From contig PLGY01000025.1 in the NCBI GenBank assembly GCA_003139855.1, positions 9,289 to 73,288 on the forward strand: a stretch of 64,000 nt of DNA, given 5' to 3'. A program made the position numbers and the translations under genes. The notes below the pieces were generated by a model. It was given only the letters and a program-made list of their open reading frames with translations, was not told the DNA's origin and did no database searches. Shown one piece after another: positions 36,173-46,290 of this stretch (position 1 is its first letter; each line of letters begins with the position of its first letter). The stretch comes from Methanobacteriota archaeon (GTDB lineage: Archaea > Halobacteriota > Bog-38 > Methanoflorentales > Methanoflorentaceae).

Positions 36173-37963
36173 GTGAAGTTGAGGATATTCGGCCCCAAGG
36201 AGAAAGTCGTAAAGGGCATGGAGGAGAGCACTGCCGGATTGATGAAGTACGTGTTTGCGGCTCCGCGGTGGAAGAACTCCATTCTTGTCACCCTTGCTTT
36301 GTCGCTCGTCGTTGGCGCCGGTGTCTTCAATTTTGGATGGAGGGAAAATCTCCTCGCGGGCCTGATTCTTATCGGCATCCCAGCTGTGCTTGCCGCTGCC
36401 TTTACTCACCCGTTGGCTCGGCTTCTGCAGGGCACTATGACCGTTAATCGCTCTGCTTTGTTAGCATTCGTGGGGGCAGTGATAATCAGTGTTTTTTGCG
36501 TTGTCGGTGCACTGATTTCATTTGCAATCGGGTGGCAGCTGACAATCTCAGCCTACGTCATGTCGTTGGGGGCCGTCTTTGCTTTCAGAATTCTGGTGCT
36601 GATCGCTATCACGCAGAAAAGCTTCGTTCGAAATTTAGTCCCTGCTTCGCTTCAAACGGTATTCGGAGCGCTTTTTTTGCTGCTGTTCGGAGCGACAGGC
36701 TACGTCGTGAACTTAGTAACGATCAGTGTCGTGTTCACGCTTGGCGCGTTGGTCATCATCAGGTACATCGATGCGCCGTTGAGAAAATCTTTTGGCGTAA
36801 GCGGCATGGATTTCATTCGTAGCTACATTGCGCAGACAGTAGAAGGCGCCCCTGGCATGGAGGACTTCTTCAAAAAGATAGGCGAAGCCGTTGAAGTCCC
36901 CGTCACCACGCTGTCTTTCAGAACGAACGAGCGCTTGAAAGCGACGTTTGTCGTGCCGGCTGTTCATCCTGGTCCCGTCGGCGAGATTGGCGGTGGAAAC
37001 CTTCCCGTCAGAATTGTAAACAATCTCGACGGTGGAGAGATTTTTGTACCGCATGGGACTGCAACGCACGATTTCAACTTGGTTTCGGCGACAGAATCAC
37101 TGAAAATAGTTGAAGCTGCGGCACGAGCAGTGGAAAATACCCTTTATACTGCGGATGCGTCAAAATCAATTAGGGTGCAGAGGGGGGCAATCAAGCTTCT
37201 TGCACAGAGATTTGGCAACTCAGTTTTGTTTGTCTCGACTTTGTCGCCAGAGTCAACAGAAGACATTGAGTATGGGCTTGGTCTCGTCGCAAGCGCTGAA
37301 GCGAGAACACAAGGCGCGCAGCATGCCGTGCTCATCGATGCGCATAACTGCACGGCTCCTTATGCATCATCTATGTGGGCGGGCACTAAGAACTCGTTCG
37401 ACCTGATTGATGCGATCAGGGAAGCATCCTCGAGACTGATGCAATCAGAACCGCTAAGAAGCGACATCAAGCTTGGAATAGCAAGTCGGGGGCCTATTTT
37501 TGGACGAGATGAAGGTATGGGGGATCTCGGCATTCAGGTGGCATTGGTTGAAGTTGCGGGGCAGCGCACGGCTTACGTGCTCGTCGATGCCAACAATATG
37601 GTGCCTAACTTGCGCGAAATCATCGTAAGCGCCCTAAAAGTCGATGAGGCAGAAGTAATGACTACTGACAACCATGTCGTGAACTCTTACAGCGGCGTCA
37701 ATCTGTTGGGTTTTAAAGCCGACAACGGCGTCCTTTTGAAGGCGATAATCGAACTGGTTGATGAGGCACAGGCGAATCTTGAACCGGTCCGTGCCGGGAT
37801 GAACACCCAGCAAGCTAACGGGGTATCTGTCTTTGGCTCGCAAAAGACTGCACAGCTTGCGAGTACCGTAAATGCTATTATGGCGATGGGCGGCGCTCTG
37901 GGAATATCTGTGATAATAGCAGCTTTTGCTATCTCTTTGCTGCTTGTAATTTTCAACAGATAA
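36173..37963 (+). CDS. DUF2070-like membrane protein
   Basis: 596 aa. It has about 6 N-terminal helices, a large soluble domain and one C-terminal helix. Identification is by architecture only. Confidence 0.5.
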   Translation: MKLRIFGPKEKVVKGMEESTAGLMKYVFAAPRWKNSILVTLALSLVVGAGVFNFGWRENLLAGLILIGIPAVLAAAFTHPLARLLQGTMTVNRSALLAFVGAVIISVFCVVGALISFAIGWQLTISAYVMSLGAVFAFRILVLIAITQKSFVRNLVPASLQTVFGALFLLLFGATGYVVNLVTISVVFTLGALVIIRYIDAPLRKSFGVSGMDFIRSYIAQTVEGAPGMEDFFKKIGEAVEVPVTTLSFRTNERLKATFVVPAVHPGPVGEIGGGNLPVRIVNNLDGGEIFVPHGTATHDFNLVSATESLKIVEAAARAVENTLYTADASKSIRVQRGAIKLLAQRFGNSVLFVSTLSPESTEDIEYGLGLVASAEARTQGAQHAVLIDAHNCTAPYASSMWAGTKNSFDLIDAIREASSRLMQSEPLRSDIKLGIASRGPIFGRDEGMGDLGIQVALVEVAGQRTAYVLVDANNMVPNLREIIVSALKVDEAEVMTTDNHVVNSYSGVNLLGFKADNGVLLKAIIELVDEAQANLEPVRAGMNTQQANGVSVFGSQKTAQLASTVNAIMAMGGALGISVIIAAFAISLLLVIFNR

Positions 37964-38010
37964 GCTGCCACAGCGTGCTTTCCTTGAGTCGGAAAGCCGC
38001 TTGAGATCGG

Positions 38011-39702
38011 CTACTTGTGCGTGAAATAACAAATGATTTTCGTTTGGCCATGCTGTTCGAGCACCTGATCCACTCTGGCAAAGCCGTAGCGTTCAAATTG
38101 CACTACTCGATCCAGCTCAGCAGCTATACCGGGTTCGCCAATCCCGATATCGACTCCGCTTGGCGTGAAGACCTCGACTTGAGGCCCGTTTGGCGGAGCC
38201 CAGTGAATTATTCTTGTGCCTTTAATGATTTCGTCGCCGGCGTATTCTGCCTCTAACGGCTCTTTTTTTACAATTCGAACGTTGTAGAGATCTTTTAGTC
38301 GCACCAGATCGCTGCCGGATAAGGTGAGGTCTTGTGCACTGACACACACGCCGCCTTCCACTGGGATCTCTCTAAAAGAGGCAGAAGATGATGGATGAAG
38401 TGGGGCGCGCGCTGTTGTAGGCTTGGCGTTCATTATGCTCATTGTAATCGGGTCCGATACGAAGAAGTATCTGTGAGCAACCGGATCTACAAGTTTCCTG
38501 TTCTCGGCATACAGGTTTTCCAAGCTGACACTTATGTCAGATTCGTTAATGCCCAATTTCAGGATAAACAGCCTCACGGCTTCTGGATAGAAACCTCTCC
38601 GCCTCAAAGCCATTAAAGTGGGGAGTCTAGGGTCATCCCAGCCGCTATAGAGCCCCTTGGCAATCTCACTCCTCAGCTTACTGGTTGAGAATTTGCCGAA
38701 TTCGTGGATGCTGATCCTCCCCCAGTGCAGGGTGAACGGATATGTCCAGCCCATATAATTGTAGAGGAACTCCTGCCTCCTCTCGCTGTCGCGCAAGTCC
38801 TTTCCACGAATAATGTGTGTAACTCCGAGCTCGTGATCTTCGATCGCTGATTCGAAATCAAGCATAGGCCACACGTGAAATGCTAGTCCCCGGGGGTGGG
38901 TGGTGTCGACAATGCGAAAACCAATCCAATCTCGCAAAGCTGGGTTCTTATGCGTTACGTCGGTTTTAATCCGCAAGACAGCCTCTTTTTCGCCTAGTCG
39001 CCCGTCCAGCATCTGTTCCCAAAGGCGCATATTCTTTTCTGCGGCGTTCTCGCGATCAGGACACGCTAATCCTGCGTCTTTGAGCTTTTTGAATTGCGGC
39101 TGGGAACAGGTGCAGACGTAAGCAGCCCCCTGAGCAATGAGCTCTTCAGCGTAATGATAGTATATTTCCATTCGGTCGGAAGCGTTGACCACGACGTCGG
39201 GGGTCGTTCCGAGCCATTTGCAGTCCTCAAGATACCAATCGTAGGCCTCGAGCATTGGTCGCTTCGTCTGCGGGTCGGTGTCGTCAAAACGCAGAATGAA
39301 AGAACCGCCGTACCTTTTGGCGTATTCAGAATTCACAACAATTCCGCGAGCACTGCCAAGCGTAGCCGGCCCATTAGGATTAGGTGCGAATCGCACGGCG
39401 ACGCGTTCGTGGTGAGGCAACTCCGGCAGGTACATCTTTTTGTGCTGCGCCTTTATTGCTTTGCGTTGTAGGTCCGGGGCTATCTGCTGGAGTAGCTGCC
39501 TTTGCTCGCCAAGCGTCATTGCGTTGACGTCGGCGATGATGCCCGCTGCCAAGCCTGATATCTGTCTTGCTTCTAGTTTAAGTTCCGGATGCTCGCCTAT
39601 GAGCTTTGAGACAACGGCGTTAGGCGCTGCTTTACCTTTGTGTAGAATAGCGTTGTGCAGAGCCTGCTTCTTGATTGCAGTGCTTAAAACTTGAGGTTCC
39701 AC
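38011..39702 (-). CDS. gltX: Glutamyl-tRNA synthetase, archaeal/eukaryal type (non-canonical HIGH position)
   Basis: 563 aa with RFAPNPNGP...ARG, FILRFDDTDP and KFSTSKL. The class I HIGH position reads TLGS (39352-39363). Confidence 0.8.
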   Translation of the reverse strand: MEPQVLSTAIKKQALHNAILHKGKAAPNAVVSKLIGEHPELKLEARQISGLAAGIIADVNAMTLGEQRQLLQQIAPDLQRKAIKAQHKKMYLPELPHHERVAVRFAPNPNGPATLGSARGIVVNSEYAKRYGGSFILRFDDTDPQTKRPMLEAYDWYLEDCKWLGTTPDVVVNASDRMEIYYHYAEELIAQGAAYVCTCSQPQFKKLKDAGLACPDRENAAEKNMRLWEQMLDGRLGEKEAVLRIKTDVTHKNPALRDWIGFRIVDTTHPRGLAFHVWPMLDFESAIEDHELGVTHIIRGKDLRDSERRQEFLYNYMGWTYPFTLHWGRISIHEFGKFSTSKLRSEIAKGLYSGWDDPRLPTLMALRRRGFYPEAVRLFILKLGINESDISVSLENLYAENRKLVDPVAHRYFFVSDPITMSIMNAKPTTARAPLHPSSSASFREIPVEGGVCVSAQDLTLSGSDLVRLKDLYNVRIVKKEPLEAEYAGDEIIKGTRIIHWAPPNGPQVEVFTPSGVDIGIGEPGIAAELDRVVQFERYGFARVDQVLEQHGQTKIICYFTHK

Positions 39703-39726
39703 ATCACCGCCCCGGAGACCCTGCCT

Positions 39727-40734
39727 TCAATACGCTCTTGAAATCATGTAGTCGGCAAGTTTGAGCAGTTTGCGTTTTGCCTCTGAATCGGCTAGCTTGG
39801 CGAGTCGCGACTTGCCGGCTCCGAGAATCTCAGTTGCCTTCTCCATCGCGTAATCGATTGATCCTGCATCCTGTAAATCTTTAATTGCCACGTCGATTGC
39901 TTTTTCGCTTGTAAGTTGTGACGGGTCAAGTCTGATGCCGTGTTTGAGTCCGTGGATCATGACTAGCGTCATCTTGCCCTCCATTAGGTCACTGGCCCTA
40001 TCTTTTCCAAGCACTTCACGCGCCGTAATCAAGTCGAGCACATCATCGCGGATCTGGAAGCATATACCCATAGCTATTCCAAACTCCCACAGGGCGCTCA
40101 CTTCGCTGTCGGTGCCGCCTCCAAGTATCCCCCCCATCGCCAAACCCGCAGCGTAGAGCACGGCTGTCTTTTTTTGGACCATTTCGAGATAGTCTGCCTC
40201 CGATATGTTTTTGTTATTTTCGAACTTGATATCCAGCCACTGCCCTTCGCAGATATGTAGGCATGCTTTCGAGAGGAGCCTAAGACATTTTGTTGCATTT
40301 TCTGGTTCTGTTTTTGTGTAGGAAAGCACCTCAAAGGCTTTAGCATAAAGTGCATCGCCTGCCAAGATGGCTTCAGACATACCCCATTTTGTGTGGACGG
40401 TCTCTATGGAACGTCTTGTCGCGTCTTCGTCCATAATATCATCGTGAATCAGCGTGAAATTGTGGATGAGCTCTACTGAAACGGCTGCTGGAAGTATGGT
40501 CTCAACAGCGATCTTGGGTTGCACTGCTTCGGCGCCCAATAGCAAAACCACTGGGCGCAGCCTCTTCCCACCAGCGTTAAAGAGATGTCGAGCGGCTCTG
40601 TACAACTCCTCAGGGAAAACTACAGGGACATACTCGTCAAGCGCATCATCGATAATTGTCTTTCTTTTGAGCAAGTCGTCGTCCAGATTGTTCACTCTTG
40701 ACCCCTCCTTGAGAGTGCCGCCTTTTGAGTGCAA
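39727..40734 (-). CDS. idsA: Geranylgeranyl diphosphate synthase (trans-prenyltransferase)
   Basis: The first aspartate-rich motif is LIHDDIMDED and the second is FQIRDDVLD. Confidence 0.85.
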   Translation of the reverse strand: MHSKGGTLKEGSRVNNLDDDLLKRKTIIDDALDEYVPVVFPEELYRAARHLFNAGGKRLRPVVLLLGAEAVQPKIAVETILPAAVSVELIHNFTLIHDDIMDEDATRRSIETVHTKWGMSEAILAGDALYAKAFEVLSYTKTEPENATKCLRLLSKACLHICEGQWLDIKFENNKNISEADYLEMVQKKTAVLYAAGLAMGGILGGGTDSEVSALWEFGIAMGICFQIRDDVLDLITAREVLGKDRASDLMEGKMTLVMIHGLKHGIRLDPSQLTSEKAIDVAIKDLQDAGSIDYAMEKATEILGAGKSRLAKLADSEAKRKLLKLADYMISRAY

Positions 40735-40764
40735 TACGGCTCTGGCTGAGGTTTTTCTCCGCGT

Positions 40765-42105
40765 TCAAGATCTCACCGCAATGTTCTGGCCATTTCTTAG
40801 AAGATGAATATTGTCCCTTAAGCTGTAACCTGCTTCTTCTGCAAGTTCTACGTAGGAGCTTGTCATGGTTAGATCTCCGTGCGTCGGAAAAATATGGTCT
40901 GGCTTGAGCATCTTAATCAGCTCCCAGTGGTCTTCGCGGGCTGCGTGTCCCGACACGTGAACATCGGTATAAAGCCGTGCCCCTTGCATTTTGAGCTTGG
41001 TTTCTACTGAATATCGATTAGCCGCGTTTATTGGGGTTGGTATCACCTCGGCAGAAAATACTATTTTGTCTCCGGGCGCAACTTTGTAAGGGGTCAGCTC
41101 GTTTGCTACCCGCGTGAGCATCGCTTCCGGTTCTCCTTGATGCCCCGTTATAATAGGAAGATATTTTTCTTTTCCTTCTTGTGCCACTCTCCTTAGTACC
41201 TTTTCTACAGATCTTCTATTCCCGTAGACTCCAATGTCATTCGGAAGCTCGACATACCCCATCCTTTCTGCGGTTCCTAAGTATCGTTCCATAGAGCGAC
41301 CGAGGACCAGCGGGCGCCGGTCCATCTCGCGAGCTGCTTCGAAGATCGTCTTTACGCGGGCTATATGTGACGAAAACGTAGTTACGAGCACCCCATTGCC
41401 CTCTTCTTCAGTGCCGAGAAGAACGTCACGCACCAAGTCTTTCGCTATCTGTTCTGACGGGGTCTTTCCCGCCTCCTTTACGCGAGTACTTTCGACGATC
41501 AACGCGAGCACTCCGTCTTTTCCCAAGCTCTTTAGGCGGTTGAAGTCGGGGGGTTTGCCAATAACAGGCGTCCGGTCAAGCTTAAAATCGTTCGCATAGA
41601 CTAGGGCACCGGCCGGCGTATGCAGAACGGCGAATATTGGATCGGGTATACTGTGCGTTGCTCGCACAAATTCAACCGCTATATCGGGAGTTATTTGATA
41701 AACCTGTCCTGCTTCGAGCGTGTAAAGGGGGTTCTCGACGCCGAACTTCTTTTCAACGCGGATCTGTTGTGCGATCAGCTCCGCCGTAAACGGCGTAGAT
41801 ATTATCGGGGCTTCGTACCTGTGCGCAAGCTTGGGGACGGCGCCTATATGATCGAGATGCCCGTGCGTGCAGACTATCGCCTTCACTGATCCTCTTGCTT
41901 CACTCAGCATCGCGTCATTTGGTATCGCGCCCATCTTGATAAGGTCTATAGAATGCATCTTCTCGATTTCTGCATCCTCGTGAATTGCAATTCGATCGAG
42001 TCTAAGGCCCATATCTATAATCACTATATCTTCGTTCACTCGGATCGCAGTCATGTTGCGTCCGACTTCTTCGTAGCCGCCAATTGCGTTAACTTCTATC
42101 TCCAA
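40765..42105 (-). CDS. rnj: Archaeal RNase J (metallo-beta-lactamase / beta-CASP)
   Basis: 446 aa with CTHGHLDHIG (HxHxDH) and the beta-CASP region ending in HVSGHA. Confidence 0.8.
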   Translation of the reverse strand: MEIEVNAIGGYEEVGRNMTAIRVNEDIVIIDMGLRLDRIAIHEDAEIEKMHSIDLIKMGAIPNDAMLSEARGSVKAIVCTHGHLDHIGAVPKLAHRYEAPIISTPFTAELIAQQIRVEKKFGVENPLYTLEAGQVYQITPDIAVEFVRATHSIPDPIFAVLHTPAGALVYANDFKLDRTPVIGKPPDFNRLKSLGKDGVLALIVESTRVKEAGKTPSEQIAKDLVRDVLLGTEEEGNGVLVTTFSSHIARVKTIFEAAREMDRRPLVLGRSMERYLGTAERMGYVELPNDIGVYGNRRSVEKVLRRVAQEGKEKYLPIITGHQGEPEAMLTRVANELTPYKVAPGDKIVFSAEVIPTPINAANRYSVETKLKMQGARLYTDVHVSGHAAREDHWELIKMLKPDHIFPTHGDLTMTSSYVELAEEAGYSLRDNIHLLRNGQNIAVRS

Positions 42106-42109
42106 AACG

Positions 42110-43174
42110 CTACCTCCTCACCTGAAGCTCGTCCAGGTTGAATCCCCGTTGTTGCAGTATCTGCCTAGTTTCGCCAGTAATGACCAGCGGGCGTTGCTTT
42201 AGATCAGCGAGTCTATTACATCCAGTCAGGAACATTGCGACTTTCAATTCTTCAACGACCGCCGTTATCTCGCTTAGCACGTATTTGGTCCCTTTGAATG
42301 CGGGTTTCAGCAGTGGCAAGCCTATGCCGCACAACGACGCTCCGAGTGCAATACACTTGGCGACGTGGAGGCCGTTCCGGATCCCGCCAGTTCCGATTAC
42401 CGGTAAGGTGCGGGATTCCAAAATGGAGATTGCGGTCGGTATGCCCCAGTCGCCATAGAGCGCACCCAACCTCTCTAGCCGGGGGTCCGTCTGAGCGCGG
42501 TACGATTCGACTCTTGCCCAGCTCGTGCCCCCAGCGCCGCCTACATCAATTGCAGATGCGCCTGCCTTTTTTAACTCAGCTGCGGCTTCTCTCGAAATCC
42601 CCGCGCCCGTCTCCTTGGCGATCATTGGCACCCGAAGAGAATCGGCAAGAGATCTCATGGCGTCGAGGCATCCTTCAGCGTCTGTATTGCCCTCTGGTTG
42701 CACCGCCTCTTGCAGGAAATTCAGATGAATTGCCAACGCATCTGCTTCAACCATATCGATTAAGCGGTCAATGATCTCCATATCATATTCCTTGACTTGT
42801 GTGGCCCCAATGTTGGCTACTACAAAAGCGCTGGGGGCTCGCTCTCGAACTATGCTGAACGACTCGACCTGGTCAGGATGTTCAATTGCTGCGCGCTGAC
42901 TTCCCACGCCAATGCCGATGCCGAGTCGCTCTGCGGCCTCTGACAACGCAGCGTTGATAGCAGTTGTCTCTTCGTGCCCGCCTGTCATTCCTGCTATAAA
43001 GACGGGAGCGGTGAACTGCCTTTTTAAGAATGTGGCAGTCGCATCGATCCGTGACTTTGTCAATTCAGGAACTGCGTTGTGGACGAATCTGACATCATCG
43101 AGGCCAGTTCTTCCTGATTCGACATCTTCAGCAGCACAGAGCATTAGATGCTCGATCTTTCGGTTCGTTATCAT
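42110..43174 (-). CDS. fni: Isopentenyl-diphosphate delta-isomerase, type 2 (FMN-dependent)
   Basis: 354 aa with NRKIEHL, IAGMTGG and GTGGIRNGLHVAKCIALGA. Confidence 0.9.
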   Translation of the reverse strand: MITNRKIEHLMLCAAEDVESGRTGLDDVRFVHNAVPELTKSRIDATATFLKRQFTAPVFIAGMTGGHEETTAINAALSEAAERLGIGIGVGSQRAAIEHPDQVESFSIVRERAPSAFVVANIGATQVKEYDMEIIDRLIDMVEADALAIHLNFLQEAVQPEGNTDAEGCLDAMRSLADSLRVPMIAKETGAGISREAAAELKKAGASAIDVGGAGGTSWARVESYRAQTDPRLERLGALYGDWGIPTAISILESRTLPVIGTGGIRNGLHVAKCIALGASLCGIGLPLLKPAFKGTKYVLSEITAVVEELKVAMFLTGCNRLADLKQRPLVITGETRQILQQRGFNLDELQVRR

Positions 43175-43935
43175 TCTTTTTCCGTGGAGATGGTCGTACC
43201 CAGATCTTGGTGCGACGTTAAAAACTTAGTGATGTTGCCGTCGTAAGCTGCGTTGAATACCTCAGACTGAATGCCTGACTTAGCAATCTCGAGCAGCTCC
43301 ACAACTTTGTGCAACATCCCCCCAGTTACGTCCGTAGACCTGGAACCGAGAATTCCGTCGCGGTATTTTTCAAGCTCACCGGGGTTAAGATGGTTCAGTT
43401 TTCTGTTTTGATACATTATTCCATCGACGTCTGTTCCGACTCCTACTTTTTTTGGGCGCATCTTTAGTGCGAGAAACGCTACTATTTGATCACCTGACAG
43501 GACGTTGAAGCCATCTAAGCGATCCATTACGACATCGCCGTGAAGCACAGGGATAATATTGTTGTTAAGCATCAACTCTAACGCGTTCGTATCAAAATGT
43601 GTGATCCTACCTGCGTCGAGCGTAACGTTATTAAGTGGGTGGATCGGCAATGCCGCAGCGCTTTGAGACTGGAGTTCGTCTATGAACGCGGTGTTTAGCG
43701 AGCGCACGGCGCAATGGGTCCTCCACATTCCGCTTGCGCTAAGACCTTTGGATAAGTACTTGACAACTTGCGGGTGCCCAAAGGAGCCCGCCCCGTGGAC
43801 AAGAATAAGACGTGAACTCTTTGCGTCGGCGATTTGTCGAGCGACCATACGCAAGTTATCTTCTCGCAAGGTGCTCTCCCGGCTTTTGTCCGTCAATACA
43901 GAGCCGCCGATTTTAAGCAATATCATGTTGGTCAC
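43171..43935 (-). CDS. ipk: Isopentenyl phosphate kinase
   Basis: This is an amino-acid-kinase fold with ILLKIGGSVLTDK and VHGAGSFGH. It has a 4-nt overlap with the downstream idi2. Confidence 0.85.
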   Translation of the reverse strand: MTNMILLKIGGSVLTDKSRESTLREDNLRMVARQIADAKSSRLILVHGAGSFGHPQVVKYLSKGLSASGMWRTHCAVRSLNTAFIDELQSQSAAALPIHPLNNVTLDAGRITHFDTNALELMLNNNIIPVLHGDVVMDRLDGFNVLSGDQIVAFLALKMRPKKVGVGTDVDGIMYQNRKLNHLNPGELEKYRDGILGSRSTDVTGGMLHKVVELLEIAKSGIQSEVFNAAYDGNITKFLTSHQDLGTTISTEKE

Positions 43936-43940
43936 GCCCG

Positions 43941-44864
43941 TTATGCCTCTACTTGCAGGCCTAAACTAGAAATCGCAGTGGTCAGCACTAGACCACCCTG
44001 TTTCGCGATAGCTTGTATAACGCGGTCGACGTTTCCGTCTGTCGTAATCGCCAATACGCATCCTCCACGGCCAGCGCCGGTGATTTTAGCACCGAGCGCC
44101 CCTGCTGCTCTTGCTGCGTAGATTAATTTGCTCAATACAACGTCGCTTACCCCGAGTGACTCGAGGAGTCCTTGGTTGATATTCATAAGCTCGCCTACGC
44201 TGACGAGGTCTCCAGCAGCAAGCTTCTGTTCTCCCAAGCGCGTGATATTTCCCATTGAAGACATCACGTCACTCACCACAGAAGGATACTTCCTTTTCAG
44301 ATCGGATACAAAGGCGATGACGTCGCGTGTTGACCTCTCAACGCCGGTTGCACCGATTATGATTGGCAGGTCGGGCTGTGCAAGATGCGATGTTTTGCCT
44401 CTCTCTACTAAGACCACACCGCCGGTTGAAGAAACAAAGGTATCTGCGGGGCTCGCTTTGCCTTGAACTTCGTTTTCGACCTTATGGCCTATATTCGCTA
44501 CTGTTTCATTATCGAGTTCAGTGCCGAGACTCTCAGTCAGAGCTTTTATAGTTGACACTGTAACTGCTGCGGAAGAGCCTAAGCCCTGTCGCGGTGGCAC
44601 TTCCGACCGGATCTTTATCTCAGCACCAAAGTCCGTTTCAAACAGTTGTTTGATTATCTTGGCGGCACAACAGGCGTACTTAAACTCTTCACTAGAGCAG
44701 TTCGCGCGCTTATCCATGGCATCTATCGTGATTTTCCCTGAAGATGCTAGCTCTACTGACACACACACACGCAAGTTTATCGCACACGCTATCGCCGGCT
44801 CTCCGTACACAACAGCGTGTTCTCCGAACAGATAGATCTTGCCGGGGGCCGAACAGGTTATCAT
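43941..44864 (-). CDS. mvk: Mevalonate kinase
   Basis: GHMP kinase motifs are APGKIYLFGEHAVVYG, GLGSSAAV and KITGAGRGGC. Confidence 0.9.
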   Translation of the reverse strand: MITCSAPGKIYLFGEHAVVYGEPAIACAINLRVCVSVELASSGKITIDAMDKRANCSSEEFKYACCAAKIIKQLFETDFGAEIKIRSEVPPRQGLGSSAAVTVSTIKALTESLGTELDNETVANIGHKVENEVQGKASPADTFVSSTGGVVLVERGKTSHLAQPDLPIIIGATGVERSTRDVIAFVSDLKRKYPSVVSDVMSSMGNITRLGEQKLAAGDLVSVGELMNINQGLLESLGVSDVVLSKLIYAARAAGALGAKITGAGRGGCVLAITTDGNVDRVIQAIAKQGGLVLTTAISSLGLQVEA

Positions 44865-44911
44865 CTATGTAGATTCTCGTAGCAAACTCCTTTTCAAGCT
44901 CGTTTTCGGCA

Positions 44912-45670
44912 TCAGGCCATGATTATCCCTGCATAGCCGACCACCGCAGTTGAATCGCCACAGGTGTCTGCACTCGTAGAATAATCGATAAGCTCTCCTT
45001 GTTTGGCGCCTTTATGTTTCGCGAACTCAATGGCAATCGCTATTGGCGCAAAGCCGCACACAGAAGTTGAGCGAGCTCGCGCAAGAAATTCTCGCGACTC
45101 CAGTTTTAGAATGGGCTCTATTACCCACTGGTCGGTGGTTCTCGCGACGTGCTCTGGCACGTAATGCGTAAAATCGCTGGAGGCAATAAGCACGCTGTTT
45201 TCGTCGGCAACTCTTTTGATTGCCGCGACAACACGCTGTATCGATTCAGGCCCTTGAAGTCCCATGGTGATAGGGACGATTTCAAAGTCGTCGAATAGGA
45301 ACTGCAGGAAGGGCAACTGAAGTTCTATAGAATTGTCCTCTTTGTTGGCGTCATTATTCACGTCGATATCGAGTGCATCCACAATATCCGTGTTCACGCT
45401 CACTTTCCCGAGGGGAGTCAGCCACGGTTCGTTCGAGACCGAAATAACGGGATAGCGGTGATTTGGCCCAATGATTATGTATGTGGCCACCTTGGGAAGT
45501 ATCGAGAAGACCTTTCCTGCGGTGAAACCTGAACAAGCGTAGCCCGCGTGAGGAACCACCACACTCGTGAGCAGACGCGGCTCTGGCCTCCCAATGAAGC
45601 TGCGCAGAAGCTCTTCCAGCGCCCGTGGGTCACTCGGGTACCACGACCCTGCCTTTGCAGGTTCCCTCAT
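44912..45670 (-). CDS. Memo-like protein (AmmeMemoRadiSam system protein B family)
   Basis: 252 aa with AGSWYPSDP...VVPHAGYACSG...IIGPNH. Confidence 0.75.
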   Translation of the reverse strand: MREPAKAGSWYPSDPRALEELLRSFIGRPEPRLLTSVVVPHAGYACSGFTAGKVFSILPKVATYIIIGPNHRYPVISVSNEPWLTPLGKVSVNTDIVDALDIDVNNDANKEDNSIELQLPFLQFLFDDFEIVPITMGLQGPESIQRVVAAIKRVADENSVLIASSDFTHYVPEHVARTTDQWVIEPILKLESREFLARARSTSVCGFAPIAIAIEFAKHKGAKQGELIDYSTSADTCGDSTAVVGYAGIIMA

Positions 45671-45680
45671 AGCTACCCTC

Positions 45681-46277
45681 TTAAATCTCTATTTCGAAAT
45701 CTTTAACTCCGTAGCCCGTCTGTTGGCCGCGAAGCTTGGTGATCTCCTTTGCGAGGAGCCAATAGATGAGCGCTAACGCTTTCCGTCCTTTGTTGTTGGT
45801 GGGGATGACGATGTCAATGTGTGTCGTCATATTATTTGTATCGCACATGGCAATTACTGGAACGCCGACATCTACAGCTTCCTTAACGGCCTGTGAATCT
45901 CCAATAGGATCCGTGACGACAACGACATCTGGTTCAACGAAGTCGCGGTACTCCGGATTTGTCAATGTGCCCGGTATAAAGCGACCCACAACTGATTTCG
46001 CTCCCGTTACTTTAGCAAACATTGTTGCGGGAAATTGACCGTATTGCCGTGCTGAAACCACAAGTATGCGGGCCGGGTCGAATTTACTGAGAAATTTGGC
46101 TGCAATTCTTATGCGCTCGTCTGTAGCTTTGACGTCCAGCACGTAAAGACCGTCTGGTCGAACGCGATAGACAAAGCGCTTCATATCTTCCGTTTTTTGC
46201 TGCGTGCCTATGTGCACACCTGCAGCTAGGTATTCGTCAACAGGGATGAGTGATTCGTATTCCGTGGTCTCTTCCAT
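45681..46277 (-). CDS. rps2: 30S ribosomal protein uS2
   Basis: [13 protein letters not shown]... is a typical uS2 sequence. The ATG at 46277 is preceded by GGAGGTG. The track extension to 46331 overlaps the upstream gene. Confidence 0.9.
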   Translation of the reverse strand: MEETTEYESLIPVDEYLAAGVHIGTQQKTEDMKRFVYRVRPDGLYVLDVKATDERIRIAAKFLSKFDPARILVVSARQYGQFPATMFAKVTGAKSVVGRFIPGTLTNPEYRDFVEPDVVVVTDPIGDSQAVKEAVDVGVPVIAMCDTNNMTTHIDIVIPTNNKGRKALALIYWLLAKEITKLRGQQTGYGVKDFEIEI

Positions 46278-46290
46278 TGATCCACCTCCT

